Below, piece by piece: positions 24,970-39,800 of a DNA stretch of 64,000 nucleotides (the stretch's first letter is position 1; each line of letters opens with the position of its first letter). The translations under genes and the position numbers were made by a program. The DNA comes from Dictyostelium discoideum (taxonomy: Eukaryota), in NCBI GenBank assembly GCA_000004695.1, contig CM000152.2, forward strand, positions 4,096,001 through 4,160,000, in the 5' to 3' direction. The notes under the pieces are model-generated. The model made no database searches. It was not told where the DNA came from and worked only from the letters and a program-made list of their open reading frames with translations.

Positions 24970-25650
24970 TTATGCTTGTGAAGATGTTAACCATTTTAAT
25001 TGACTTTTATATGACGGAGTTGATTCTAATTTATTTAATAATTCAATTGGATCGGAACTAACAATAATTGATTTTGCAAAATCACTATCAACAAAACCAC
25101 TACCAACACTTGTTTTTAATAATGCTACTAATGGATCATAATAACCATTTATATTTAAAATACCAACTGGTTTTGAGTGAATACCTAATTGATTCCATGT
25201 AATGCATTCAAATAATTCCTCTAATTTAATTTAGTTTTTATTAGTTTCAAATTTAATTATTTAAATTAAGATTTGATATAATTGTTTCCCAAACTTACCA
25301 AAAGTACCCATACCACCTGGTAATGCAATAAAAGCTTCGGATGAATTATACATAATTTCTTTTCTGGTGTGCATATCATCAACAAATACAACTTCACCAA
25401 CAGTTACACCTGAAATTTCTTTTGGTGATAATGATCTTGGAATGATACCTTTAACTCTTCCACCGGCATTTTGAACACCTTGTGAAACTGCTCCCATAAT
25501 ACCAATATTACCACCACCATAAATTAATCCATAATTTCTTTTTGCCATTTCTTTAGCTAATACTTCTGTTACTTGAATATATACTTCATCATTTCCTTTT
25601 CTACTTCCACAAAATACACAAATATTATTGATTTTATTAACTGTTTCCAT
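24970..25650 (-). CDS. LOG-family protein (cytokinin riboside 5'-monophosphate phosphoribohydrolase-like, TIGR00730 fold). Minus-strand join(24970..25220, 25299..25650), about 200 aa.
   Basis: Exon 1 reads CVFCGSRKGNDEVY...GLIYGGGNIGIMGAVSQG...IALPGGMGTF|, with the donor g|gtaagt at 25293..25298. Exon 2 reads EELFECITWNQLGIHSKPVGILNINGYYDPLVALLKTSVGSGFVDSDFAKSIIVSSDPIELLNKLES..., which matches the PGGxGTxEEL...TW.QLG.H.KP signature of LOG proteins. Confidence 0.8.
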
Positions 25651-25848
25651 TTCTTTTTATTTATATATATATATATATTAGCGGTTTTAATTGTAAATGA
25701 AAAAAAAAAAAAAAAAAAAAAAGAAAAATTAAAAAAAAAAATTAAAAAACGAAAAAAAAAAAAAAAAAAAAACAAATTTAATTCATTATTTTTAATGCTT
25801 TGCTTTCTTGGGAATTTTTTGGGATACATTATTTTATTTTATTTTTAA

Positions 25849-25890
<42 letters not shown>

Positions 25891-26140
25891 GTTATAAAAA
25901 ATATTAAAATAAATAAATAAATAAAAAATCGTTTAGATATTTTTTTTGTATTCTTGGAATTTCTTCATACTGAAAATCTTTTATTTTTAATCTTTTTTTT
26001 TTTTCATGAATTTCATTTTTAATATTTTATTAATAAAAAAATGAGCAAAAAAAAAAAAAAATACACTATTTATTTTATTTTTTTTATTTTTTTAATATAT
26101 ACAAGGCTTTTTATTTATTTATTTATTTATTTATTATTTT

Positions 26141-26459
26141 TTATTTTATATTGTTTCTATAAAAAATACTATTTGTTACGGGTACATCAATTATTGGAAT
26201 TCCTTCTTCATCAATCTCTTCAATTTCTTCAATATCTTTTGTTTTAATAGCATCTTTACATGCTTCAATTAATGATTCATCAATTAATATAAATTGGTTG
26301 TTTGATTTTTCATTTTGTGAATAGTCATCAAAATTGCCATTATTATTGTTATTATTATTATTATAATTATAAATAAATTGTTGTTGATGATTTTGATATG
26401 ATTCATTTAAATTTTTATTATAATAATTGTTTTGATTTTTTATCTCTTTTTGGTAATAT

Positions 26460-26494
<35 letters not shown>

Positions 26495-26495
26495 G

Positions 26496-26559
<64 letters not shown>

Positions 26560-26650
26560 GGAAATTTGAAAAACAACCTTGAAAATAGTCTTGAGAGTAT
26601 TCTCTTTGGTCATTACATAAAAAACTTGGGCTCATTAAATACTTATCCAT
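26141..26650 (-). CDS. Hypothetical Asn-rich protein of 169 aa with an acidic C-terminus ([25 protein letters not shown]).
   Basis: It is an uninterrupted ORF with a normal non-repeat N- and C-terminus flanking poly-N. I recognise no homolog. Confidence 0.35.
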
Positions 26651-26811
26651 TTTTATTTTTTAAGAACCCTCTTTTGTGTTTTTTTTTTTTTTTTTTTTTT
26701 TTAACCTTTTTTTTTTTTTTTTACTTTTTTTTAATTTTATCTGAGATTGTGGGACTTAAAATAAAAATTAAAAAAATAAAAATAAAAAAAAAAAAAAAAA
26801 AAAAAGGTAAC

Positions 26812-26845
<34 letters not shown>

Positions 26846-27946
26846 AAAAAAAAAAAAAAAAAAATTAAATTAATTAAATTATTTGAAATTAAATCTTGAG
26901 AATTTGTAGTTACAATAAACTTTCATATTTTTAGAACAAACCATATGGTAATTTCTATTTATAAAAATAAAAATAAATCAAAAATTAAAATAAAATAAAT
27001 AAAAAAAAAAAAAAAAAATTAAAATTAAATAAAAAAAAAAAAAATAATAATAACCTTTTTCTTTTCTCTTTCTATCTATAATAAATTCATCTATAGGCCC
27101 CAACCACTATTAAACAATTTTTTACTAATGGTTGACCAAAAATAAAAACAAAAAAGATCAATTATAAAATAAATCAATATCAAATAATATTAAAAAACTG
27201 ATCAAATAATAATAAAAACACTGAACAATAGAATTAAAACACCAACAAAATACTTTAAAAAGATCATAATTATAACAGATTTTTAAAATTAAATTTTTTA
27301 TTATTTTAATTTAACTATTAAAAAAAAAAAAAAAAAAAAAAAAAAGTGAAAAATCTCAATTTTCATCTGAAAATAGATCCAATATTTTGACTTTTAATCA
27401 AGAGTTATAATAAAAGACAAAATCATCATTTGCCAAAATTTTGAGAATAATTAGTAAGTTTGAACCAGTAAAAAAAGTGTAACACAAAAAAAAAAAAAAA
27501 AAAAAAACAAGAATAATAATTTGGTACACGATTATTATTTATTTATTTTTATTTTATTTTATTTTAGAATTGTATAATTAGATAGAAAAGAAATTGATGG
27601 AGAAAAAATCGAATTTCAGGATTTACCATCAAATTATTTAATTTAAAACTTGAAAAAACACAAAGACCAACAAAAATGGAACCAAACATTTATTAATTGA
27701 TGGAGCGGAATTTTTTAATAAACCATATATAATCTGTAAAATATATAATCACAACTTTGGCATTTGTGTTTTTTTTTTATTTTTTTTTTCTTAAAAATTT
27801 TTTTTTTTTTTTTTTATAATTAAAGTAATAAATAATAAAATAATAAATTTTGTTGTTTAAACATTGTTTTTATTTATAAAAAAAATAATAGATATAATAA
27901 TTAAAAATAAAAAAAAAAAAAAGTAAAAACTACTATATTTTATTTT

Positions 27947-27972
27947 TTATTTATATACTACATTATCATTAA

Positions 27973-28048
<76 letters not shown>

Positions 28049-28050
28049 GA

Positions 28051-28081
<31 letters not shown>

Positions 28082-28664
28082 GTTATTATTCTTTTGTTTT
28101 ATAATTAAATCAATACCATTTAACCAATTACAATCATTATCGAATAAATAGTATTGACAATCCCGTATTAATAAAAAGAAGTACATATGAAAATCTGGAT
28201 AAGCTTCCATTAAATATTCCATTGACCTTTCTATGTCATGTGACTCTAAATCATCCATATCAAAAAATAATATATCATCTGGACTATTATCATATAGATA
28301 TTTTGATAGTATAAAATAACGACTCTGCTTTTCTTTTAAATTTGATAGTATTTTGCAAATATCATTCTTTGCTTCAATTGTCTAAAATTAAAAAAATAGA
28401 AAATCAAAATAAATTAAATAAAATAAAATAAAAAAAGATTAAAATAAATAAAATAAATAAAAATAAATAATTTTAAATTAATATTTATTTTTTATGAAAC
28501 TATTAATATTTGTTTTGTTTATTATTATTATTATTATTATTATTTATTATTTATTATTTATTATTTATTATTTATTATTTATTATTTATTATTTATTATT
28601 TATTACATACGAAATCGAAATTTTTTGAAAAAACAGTTTGTTGTATTTTATTTTGAACAACCAT
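27947..28664 (-). CDS. Hypothetical two-exon gene. Minus-strand join(27947..28381, 28611..28664), about 162 aa. It reads MVVQNKIQQTVFSKNFDF | TIEAKNDICKILSNLKEKQSRYFILSKYLYDNSPDDILFFDMDDLESHDIERSMEYLMEAYPDFHMYFFLLIRDCQYYLFDNDCNWLNGIDLIIKQK, then poly-N.
   Basis: The listed ORF (27947..28258) stays open upstream of its Met to an acceptor ttttag at 28382..28383. An 18-codon ATG exon ending ttc|gtatgt at 28605..28610 joins it in phase 0. The intron is a (TATTATT)n heptamer array. Confidence 0.45.
28543..28604. repeat. (ATTATTT)n heptamer array, about 9 units. A related (AATAAAT)n array lies at 9421..9478.
   Basis: Period-7 repeats read directly. Both lie in introns or 5' regions of minus-strand genes. 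Confidence 0.85.
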
Positions 28665-29376
28665 ATTTTTAAATTTGTTTTGTTTTATTTATTTGTATTT
28701 TTTATTTATTATGATTTTTATAATTTATTAATTTTAATTGAAAAAAGAAAAAAAACAAAAAATATATAATTCCCAAAGATTTACTTTTTAATTTTTTTAA
28801 TTTTTTTTTTTTTTTTTAAATTTTTTAATATTTAATATTTTATTATTATTTTTGAATTAGTTTTTTTGTGTTTTTTTATTTTTTTTTTTTTTTATGTTTT
28901 TTTTGTTTTTTTTATTTTTTTTTTTTAATAAATACCAATTGAATGTATATTTTTTGACCCCTCAACCCCACCCCCTGTATATTATTTATGTTCAAAGAAC
29001 TAGAAGAATAGCTACAATACCAAGATATAAATTTTATATATGGAAAAAATAAATAAAAATATTAAAAAAAATAATAAAATCAAAATGATGAAATCCAAAC
29101 AAAAATTAAAATGATTAATGTAATTATTGGAATGAATTAAATATAAAAAAAAAAAAAAAAAAACTTGGAAATAAATAAAAATAAAAGATATTTAAAAAAT
29201 TATTTTTTTTATGTTGTTATAAAATTATTTGAACAATAATTTTTATTTTATATTATTTTTTTTTTTAATTTTATTTTTTTTTTTTTTTTTTTTAGGAATA
29301 AATTTTTAAAAGAAGGTTTTATTAAAAAAAACAAATTACTGTTAAATTTGGAAAAAAAAAAAAAAAAAAAAATGCC

Positions 29377-29407
<31 letters not shown>

Positions 29408-29473
29408 CATGATTTTTTTTTTTTTTTTTTTAAATAAAAGTTATAGGGGAACCAATAAGTTTGGCTTTAAAGA

Positions 29474-29929
29474 ATGGCAATGAATTTAAAGAATAGTTCC
29501 TCAGGAGGTAATCTAACATCATCACCATCCTATAACTCATTTTCATCATTAAATTTAAGTGGAAATAGTTTTAATAATGGAAGTGGTAGTGGTAGTGGTA
29601 GTGGTAGTGGTAGTAATGAATACATTCCACTTTGTTTCAGTAAGGATGTATTCACATCGAATACATTTGAAGTTGATCAATTTATTAGTGATTGTAGAAA
29701 ACGTGTTAATTTAGAATCTGTTCAAAAAGATTTAAGAGAATATAGTAAACATTTGGATTCAGAATTAATTGAATTAATTAATAAAGAGTATCAATCATTC
29801 TTTTCACTTTCAACTTCATTAGTTGGTTTCGATACAATTTTAAATGAATTTTCAATTTCTCAATCATCTATTAAATCTGAAATTAAAGTAAGTTATATAT
29901 ATACACAACTAAAATTATATAATAAAGTT

Positions 29930-29967
<38 letters not shown>

Positions 29968-30346
29968 TATAATTTTTAGTCATTTAATAATGAAATTGTT
30001 AAAGTTAGAGGATTAGTTGAGGATAAATTAAATGAAAAGAAATCAATTGAACAAAAGAAAAAACTATTACAATTATATATTTCAATATCAGAGACATTAA
30101 ATAATATGAATCATTTATTCGATCAATTATATCAATTAACTCATCCAAATGATTTTAAGAAAATAAATAATAATAATAATAACCACACTAATAATGAAAC
30201 TAATATTAACGATGGTGATGTATTAGAATTACTAATTGACAGAATTTCAAATTCATTTTATCAAATTCAAAATCAAATGTCATCATTAACAAATGATGAA
30301 TTAAAATTTAATATATTTCAATCATTATCACTTGTATGTATTTATT

Positions 30347-30392
<46 letters not shown>

Positions 30393-30842
30393 TTTTCCAT
30401 CTATATTATGTATATATAATTAGCTAATAATATAATATTTTAGAAAATTATGGATTTATCAAATAAAATAGAGGAAAAGGTTGAACCAATTTTTAAAGAA
30501 TCATTAAAGAGATTCATAAATGTAAATAATAATAATAAAGAAATTGTTGATGATAATAATGAAAAACAAAATAAATATGATGAAAGAATATTACTAGTAT
30601 GTTTAAAAACATTTCAAACTATAGATAAATTAAATGTACCATATAAATTATTTAAAACATTAATTGTTAAACCTAGATTAGCACAAATTGTTTCATTACG
30701 TAATTTAGAGATTAATAAATCAACAACTGATGGTTTATCACAAATTTATAATTCAATCATTGAATTTTTAAAAAATCAATGTTCATCATTCTTTGATATT
30801 TCAAATTTAATTAATAATAATTTAAAAGAAAAACAATCAAAC

Positions 30843-30899
<57 letters not shown>

Positions 30900-31555
30900 C
30901 AAATTAATAATAATAGTAATAATAATAATAATAATATAAATAATAATAATATAAATAATAATTATAATAATAATATCATTTTATATAATAATTATAATTT
31001 TATATCACAATCAGTTTTACCAGAAATTGATGAATCACTTGGATTTTTTAAACAAATATTTGCAACTGGTATACCAGATTTATTTTATAAGAATTATTAT
31101 TTAACATTTAATTTCATTCAATCGATTGAAGTGAATTTCTTAACCAATAAAGAATTATTAACTCAGTTTAGACAATCAAGTTCATATTCAAGTTTATGGA
31201 AGAAATGGAATTTCGCTGTTTATTTTCAACTTTGTTTTACAAATATTGCACAACATTTTGAATTCAATTATTTAAGAATACCATTATTTGATCAATTAAC
31301 TTTACCAACTAATAATATTACTAATAATAATAATAATAATAATGAAAATAATAATGAATTTTATTTAAAATCAACAGATGGTTTAAGATTATCAATGGAT
31401 AAATGTTGGTCAAATTCAAATTTCATTTTTGATCTATCTTCAAAGTTTTTCAAACTATTCCTTCAATTAATTGCAAGATATGATACTTTTATTAGTGATA
31501 CTTTAATACCATTAGAATTAGAATTACAACAACAATTACAACAACAACAATTACA

Positions 31556-31586
<31 letters not shown>

Positions 31587-31899
31587 AATATTGGTGATTC
31601 AGTTATAAAAATCACTCCAAAATCACCACCTTCACTATCGAATCAATCACCAATATCATCATCAACAACATTAAATAATAAACAATCATCACCTGAAAAT
31701 TTCATTTATATAATTTCTGATATCTATAAAATTAAATCAAAAATATCAACAAATTATAAAGAATTAATCATTAAAACTATTGGAAATCATCAAAATCAAC
31801 ATGAAATTTTAAATTTAATTAATGGTATGTAAAAAAAAAAAAAAAAAATGATTTTTTTAAAAAAAAAAAAAGATTTTATTATTAATTTTTATTTATTTA

Positions 31900-31934
<35 letters not shown>

Positions 31935-32500
31935 ATGGTATTTTAGAAAGTTGTAAAACCTTAGAACAATTAATACCAAGAATTTCAATTATAATAGAGA
32001 ATCATTTAATATCGAAATGTTTGGAACCTATTGAAATTATTAGTACACTAAGATCAACTTATCGTATGACTAATAAACCTGTACCAACTAAACCTTCAAT
32101 ATATGTTTCAAATTTAATTTCACCATTAGAAATTCTAATTAATAATAAAGCATCTTCATTACATTTCATTCCACCGGAAATTAAATTAAATTGGGCAATC
32201 TCTGTATTAACTCCTGTCACTGAAAGTTTTAAAAATGCCGCAACAAATTTAATTCAAAGTGTAACTCAATCAAATGATATCATTAATAAAATGGTAAAGA
32301 AAAGTAAACCAACCACAACCACCAGCGGTGGTGATATGTCTGATATGGATAAAATCTCACTTCAATTATATTTAGATGTTGATAAATTTGGTTTATATAT
32401 TCAAAAATTTGGTATAAATTTATTAACTTTCGAACCATTCTTGGGTTTAAAATCCATTGTGGAACCATTTAAAAAATTAATTTTAAATCAAAATAAATAA
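29474..32500 (+). CDS. cog2: Conserved oligomeric Golgi complex subunit 2 (COG2). Plus-strand join(29474..29887, 29980..30333, 30444..31824, 31935..32500), about 904 aa.
   Basis: The protein reads LCFSKDVFTSNTFEVDQFISDCRKRVNLESVQKDLREYSKHLDSELIELINKEYQSFFSLSTSLVGFDTILNEF, which aligns residue-for-residue with the human COG2 N-terminus (LCFDKDEFMKEDFDVDHFVSDCRKRVQLEELRDDL...ELINKDYADFVNLSTNLVGMDKAL). The donors are aaa|gtaagt, ctt|gtatgt and g|gtatgt, with phases consistent. A (CT)20 microsatellite lies in intron 2. Confidence 0.8.
30351..30390. repeat. (CT)20 dinucleotide microsatellite in cog2 intron 2.
   Basis: Read directly from the sequence. It is one of the few C-containing simple repeats in the window. 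Confidence 0.9.
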
Positions 32501-32654
32501 TTTAAAAAAAATAAAAAAATAAAAAATAAATAAATAATCATTAAATTTTATTTATACAAAATAACTTTATTAATAAAAAAAAAAAAAAAAAAAATTTAAA
32601 AATAAAAAATAAAATAAAATATTGAAAAAAATATTTATTTTCATTCATTTATAC

Positions 32655-32697
<43 letters not shown>

Positions 32698-32877
32698 ATA
32701 TTTGATTATTCTCAAAGCGATGAGTATAAAAGACCATTATTTATAAGATTATTAATATGGGGATTCATAAATAAAATTAAAAATAAAATAAAAAAAAAAA
32801 AAAATAAAAAAAAAAACTTTAAAATTAATTTTTTTTTATTTTATTTTTTTTTTATTAATTTTTGCCCAAGTCGTCGA

Positions 32878-32914
<37 letters not shown>

Positions 32915-33011
32915 GGAAAAAAAAAAAAAAAATAAATAAAATAATAATAATAATAATAATAATAATTATTTGGACCAAAACAAAGGTAAAATTTTTATTC
33001 TTTTTTTTTAT

Positions 33012-33048
<37 letters not shown>

Positions 33049-33692
33049 GAAGTTATACAAATAATTTTAAATTTTTTTTTATTAGATTTGAGTTGTAAAA
33101 TTTAAATATTGGAAATTATTATTTATTTGACAACACCAAACCATTACAGGTCAAATGTCTTTTAATTTTGTGTTCTGGAACCTTTAAGATATTTTATTTT
33201 TTTTTTATTTTTTTTTTTTTCTTTTCACATTTTTTTTTCAGTTTTTTTTTTTAATTTTTTTTTATTTTTTTTTTTTATTTTTTATTTTTTTTTTTTATTT
33301 TTTTTTTTTTTTAATTTTTTTTTTTTTTTTTATTTTTTTAATTTTTTTTCTTTTTTTTCTTAAATTAAAAAAACGGTTCCCTTTTATAAAAAAAAAAAAA
33401 AATAACTAAAAAAAAAATTTATATTATTATTATATTTTAAAATATTAATAATTTCATAGAAAAACAATATACTCTATTATATATATAATATATATATATA
33501 TATCCTTTTTTTTTTTTTTTATTATTTATTTTTTTGTGTAATTTTTATTTTCATATAATTTTTTTTTTTTTTATTTATTTTTATTTTTTTTTTTCTTCAC
33601 CCCATTTTTTTTTATTTTTTATTTTTTTATTTTTTTTTTTCATTTTATCTCTAATCAAAGTAATAAAAAAAAAAAAAAAAACAAATAAATAA

Positions 33693-33727
<35 letters not shown>

Positions 33728-33869
33728 TTTAACAAAGAAAAAAAATAAAATAAAATAAAACAAAATAAAATAACAATAGAAATAAAGTAGTTATAATTTA
33801 ATATAAATATTATAGTTAAACAACAACAACAATAACAACAGCAATAATAATAAAAATAATAGTATTAAA

Positions 33870-34078
33870 ATGTCGATTTTAACAAGAGATGGAGTTGCTC
33901 CATTTATTAAATCTTTAATCCAAATGTTGGATACACCAGAGAATGGTCACCTCATTAGATGGGGTAAAACTGGAGAATCAATTGTAATTACCAATTGTGC
34001 AGAATTTGAGACTAAACTTTTACCAAAATACTTTAAAACTGGAAAGTTTTGTAGTTTTATAAGGTACCTATTTAAAAA

Positions 34079-34145
<67 letters not shown>

Positions 34146-34893
34146 TTTCTTTTATAAAATACTAACTTTTTTATTATTATTTTTTATTTTATATAAAATT
34201 TAGACAATTAAATATTTATGGATTTCATAAAGTTGAGGATGAAAAACAACCAGTTGTAGAAGATTCTAATCATGAATCATCAGAGTCACAAACCGCAAGA
34301 ACATTTGAATTTGCAAATGATAATTTTAAGAAAGCATATCCTGATCTTTTAATAAACATCAAGAGAAGAAAGAGTGTAAGAAGATCATTGACATTGAACA
34401 ACAATAATCCAAACAACTATAGAGCATTCCCCTCATCAAGTTTGGAGGATGATGATGATGACCATATAGTTGGAGGTGGTGTTTCAAATTCATCACTCTC
34501 TACACCATCCCTATCACCAATCGGTAGTATTGGTAGTAATGGTGATGTTAAATTGGGTGATATGAAGATCAACAATAACATGAGTGGCATTAATAGCAAT
34601 AGTTATAACTCTGCTGACAAAGCAATCCTTCAACAATTGTTATACCAATTCACTAAATTCCAAGTAGATTATAACGAGTTGAAATTCTCTCACTCTAGTC
34701 TTCAAGAATCACATTCACAGCTTCAAAATGCCTATCAATCATTACAACACTCTCACCAAAATTTATTGGATAGAGTTTTAAAACTTACAAAAGCAATTTT
34801 AGGTCAATCCATTTTAAATACAAATTCACAATTCAATCCTCAAAATAATTTACAAAATAAACAAAATAATTTAGTAAATGATATAATTTCAAC

Positions 34894-34963
<70 letters not shown>

Positions 34964-34965
34964 TC

Positions 34966-35016
<51 letters not shown>

Positions 35017-35416
35017 ACAACAACAACAACAACACCAAATTCAAATGCAACCAACTCCACCACAACTTCCAATGCCAACTCCACCACAACTTCCAATGCC
35101 AACTCCACCACAACATCAAATGCAACCAACCCCACCATCACCACAACAACCAACTCCACCACAACAACAAGTACCACAATCTCAAATTCCAAGCTCACCA
35201 CAACAACAACAACAACAACAGCAACAACAATATATTATTTCACCACCATCTTATTCACCAACATCGAGCAGTAACCAAATTGGAGGATTTAATCAAATTA
35301 ATAAATCAAATGGGTCAACTAATAGCATAAATTCAAATAACAGCACAATAAATGGTAATAATAACAATAATAGCAATAATAATAACAATAATAACAATAA
35401 TAACAACAATAACAAC

Positions 35417-35447
<31 letters not shown>

Positions 35448-35462
35448 GTAATAACAGTAATA

Positions 35463-35516
<54 letters not shown>

Positions 35517-36265
35517 TGGGAAATAGTATTAGTAATTTGAGTTTGGGTAATTTAACAAGTCAATTAACAAATAGTAATGGTAGTAATAGTAATAATAGCA
35601 CAGATCTTTTAAGTTTGGTTCAACAGCTCTCAAATGGTTCATTGTCAACAACTAATACACAACATTTATTAAATTTAATTCAACAACAACAACAAATCCA
35701 ACTTTTACAACCTCAACAACAAAACCAACAACAAAGTCAACAACAAAATCAACAATCACAACCTATACTACCACAACCTATACTACCACAACAAGTTCAA
35801 AATTTTTCACCACAACATCAATCGATTAGACCCACAAATAATATTTCCAATATAGATTTTACAAACGAACAATTTTACTTGAATAATAACAACAACAATA
35901 ACAATAATAATAGTAATAGTAATAATAATAGTAATAATAATAATAACAATAATAGTAACAATAGTAACAATACTAGTGGTAATAGTATAAATATTCAACC
36001 AACATACAATGTCAAAGAGGAAGGTGGTAGTGAAGAATCAAATAAGAGAATTGAAGATTTCCTTTTAGAACAAGAATTATTTTCCCAATCAAATTCATTA
36101 AGTGCCGCTTTGACTGCCGCTCAAAAACCAGGCCAAGGTTTGGGAATTTCTCAAAATCTTTTGGGTATACAAAATAATCCAGATTTCTTTTTAAATAGTA
36201 CAAATAATATTAACAATACAAACACTAACTCAATGGATACTTATGGTGTCTATGGTAACTTTTAA
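33870..36265 (+). CDS. Heat-shock-factor-type transcription factor. Plus-strand join(33870..34063, 34204..36265), about 751 aa.
   Basis: The HSF DNA-binding domain APFIKSLIQMLDTPENGHLIRWGKTGESIVITNCAEFETKLLPKYFKTGKFCSFIR|QLNIYGFHKV is split by a phase-2 intron (ag|gtacct ... aaatttag). A heptad-repeat region follows (ILQQLLYQFTKFQVDYNELKFSHSSLQESHSQLQNAYQSLQ), then poly-N, poly-Q and PTPPQLPMPTPPQLPMPTPPQ repeats. Confidence 0.75.
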
Positions 36266-36769
36266 AAATAATAAACAACAATAATAATAATAAAAAAAAA
36301 AAAAAAAGGAATTCTTTTATTTATTTTTTTTTCTTATTTTTTTCTTTTTTTTTTTTTTTATTTTTTTTCTTTTATTTTTTATCCAAAAGAGGTTTTATTT
36401 TCTATTTTTAAATTATGTTGATTGGATGTCGATTATGGTCATTTTGGCTATTTAAATGTTGTTGAATTGTAAAAATTAAAAAAAAAAAAAAGAATTAATA
36501 AATTAATATTTCTATTTATAAAATGATAATAACTTTGGCAAAAGTGTTTTTGTTTTTTTTACTTTTATAGTTTTTTTAGATTTCAAAGAAAAGATATTTT
36601 TTTTTTTTTTTAAAATTTTTTTTTAATTATTTTTTTTTTTGAATTTTTTTTTTTTAATTATTTTTTTTTTTTCATTCTCCTTTTTTCCTTATCCAATTAT
36701 TTTTTATTTTTTTTTTTCACCATTATTTTATTTTTTTTTCATTGTATTTTATTTTTAAAGTTAAAAAAA

Positions 36770-36804
<35 letters not shown>

Positions 36805-36806
36805 TA

Positions 36807-39800
36807 ATGGATAATATATATCAAAGAATAGAAAATTATCTTATAAAATTATTTCAAACAATATCAGAAACAAATAATAACAATAATAATAATAATACAA
36901 ATAATAATGTTGGAATTAAATTTGAAAATGATTTATTATTAGTTAATGAATTAGGATCAATTATATTAAAAGAATTGGTTCTTGAAGAAGAGATTGGATT
37001 GGTTGCATCATTATTATTTACAGGTGATCATAGTTTATTAAAGTATTTAGAAAAGTCATCAACCATTTCCAATAAAGAGAATGTGAAGATAAAAGTGTCA
37101 ATATTGAATTTAATAGCAGAGTTTATCGAGATATTACAAGTTAGAACTGATGATTATGCAATTGCAATAAAGAATACCTGTGTATTGGTATTCAGAAAGG
37201 ACCAATCCCATTCAGTCCAAGCCGCAGCTTTTGGCCCTATTAAAAAGATATTACATCTAATGTCTCGTGTACTTAAACAGGGTTCAATCGTTGCAGAAAG
37301 TTTTGGAGTGAGTGAGATGACACAACTGTTTTTATTGCAATTCACATGTGGAAAGCTAACTCAAACAGTTCGTGGTGAAATTATAGTTGTGCTTGGTTTA
37401 TTCACTGAATATTTCTCAAGTAATATGTGCGATCGTAATCAGCAATTATCATTCATATTCATGGAGACGCTCGGTGGCCAATTGCGGTCAAAGTCACCCG
37501 AGTCCACTTTAATTCAGTCGTGTTTGAAAGGATTGAATTCGTTATTGGTTCATTTCAGTGGCGATTTCATTGCAAGTGATCCAAAGAATGTTCAATTGAT
37601 ATATCAATATGTTTACATTTGTTTGGATCCTGCATCGTCGACTCAAAGATTCGAAATTCCAAGAGCAGCTATGAAAATCGTTGCGAGACATGCAGTTTTA
37701 TTACGTCAGTATTTGGCAGAACACTCACAACCTTTCTATACACGTATTGAGCATTGGTGTAATCATATCAATAAATTAAATCGTGATATAGCATTCACGG
37801 CAGTCGATTCATTCTTTCAACAAATTTCAAAGGAACTTACAAGTGGTAATCGTAGTTTAGAAGCTGATCAATCAACTTTTAAATTCTTTATTCGTAAATT
37901 CTATTCAATCTTTGAAAATAACAATTCATCACGTTTTGAACTTTCAATTGCAATTAGAGGTTGTGGTAGATTCGCTTCACCTGTTAAATCTTTTATGGGT
38001 GAATGGGAATTAAAATCCTTATTAAATTCTTTATTTAAATTTTCAGAAAAATTAATGGTTGTGTAAGTTGTTTTTTTTTAATTAAATTTAAATTAAATTA
38101 AATTAATAATAATATTTCTAATTTTATTTCTATTTATTTTTCTCAAATAGTAAAATTGAAAATATTGATGAAATTACATTACATTTATCAAGTTTTATAA
38201 ATGCATTCGCATGTATTTTATATGAATTAAATGAATTGGAATTTTGGTATTTAGATCATATTGAACAAGTTTTAGAAACTTATTTTATAATATTTCCACA
38301 TTTATTTGTAAAATCAAGAGATAGATATTTTAAAGCAGTTAATAGATTAATTAGCTCATTATTTTATCATGGTGAATATTTAAAGATATTATTAAGTAGA
38401 TTTGTAAAGAAAGGATTATTAATTACATTTTCAAAACCAAATGATTCAATTAAAAATTTAATTACAACTGCAAATACACCATTTTATCAAGTTTATAAAG
38501 ATCTTTGGTATAATCTTTTAAATCCAACAATTGATACAATTGATAAAGATTTAAATTCAACAATAAAAAAAGAAAATAATAATAATAATAATAATAAAAA
38601 TAAAAATAATAATAATAATCAAACATTAACAAAAGAAGAAATTTCAAAATCAATTAAAAAATTAGTTTATGATGAGATTGTTTCAAGTATTTTATCAATT
38701 ATAAAGAAATTAGATTTACAATACCAAAAGGATGAAAATGATAATAATAGTAATAGTAATAGTAATAATAATAATAATAATGATCAAGATAATAATAAAA
38801 TTTCAATTATTGAATATGAATCAGAAATTAATCAATTAAAACCAGTAACATCAAAAGATATTGAATTATTTTTAGGATTAGTTGAATTTTTTAAATTATT
38901 CATTTCAAAGTATAATACAGAATTATTTGTTCAATGGATTTATATATTTGGTAAAGAAATGATTAGTTTTTCAAAGAAATATCCATTAATTAGTGGTTTT
39001 TATAAATTGGTTCAAATTGTAATGCAAATTTGTAAATCTCAAAAATATTTTAATGAATTACAACAAGATGATAATATAAATTCAGTTATATTTAATAATC
39101 AAATTATTGATGAACAACTACAACAGCAACAAGATATTATGGATATTGATGATACTGATAATAATAGTAATAGTAATAATAAAATCAATAAGAAATTAAC
39201 AAATAGTTTGGAAGAAGATAAAAATAATTGTTTTATATTATTTAAAAAATATATTAAAGAAGTTAGTAATTTTATTAGTCATTATAAAGATGAATTATTA
39301 AGTTCATGTATTGAATTATTATTATCATTACCAAAACAATTGATATCAATACCATTGTTAGTACCAATTGCAAATTTAGCATTCCAATATGGTATTAGTT
39401 ATTTACCATTAGCTCATGTTGGTTTGAATGCTATCGAATATTGGAATTTAGTTGTACCAGATCAGGTTCATAAACATTTAGATCAATTATTACCAAGTTT
39501 AAATGATTATTTAAAGATTTCAACAAATAGTTCAGATTCAACTTCAGGTGGTGATATAGATATTGATAGTGGTGGTAGTATGGGAGGAGGAGGAGTTGTA
39601 CCACCACCATCATCATCATCAAGACATAGAAAAATGAAATTTAAATCAAATAGTTCATTAATTGATCCAAAACAATTACAATTTAAAACATCAATTGAAG
39701 ATTTACAAAATAGAATTATTAGATTATTAGGCCAATTGGGTGGTGATAATGTTCATTTCCTTGGAAAAGTTAGTTTAGTTGGTGAAGAGATCGTTAATGG

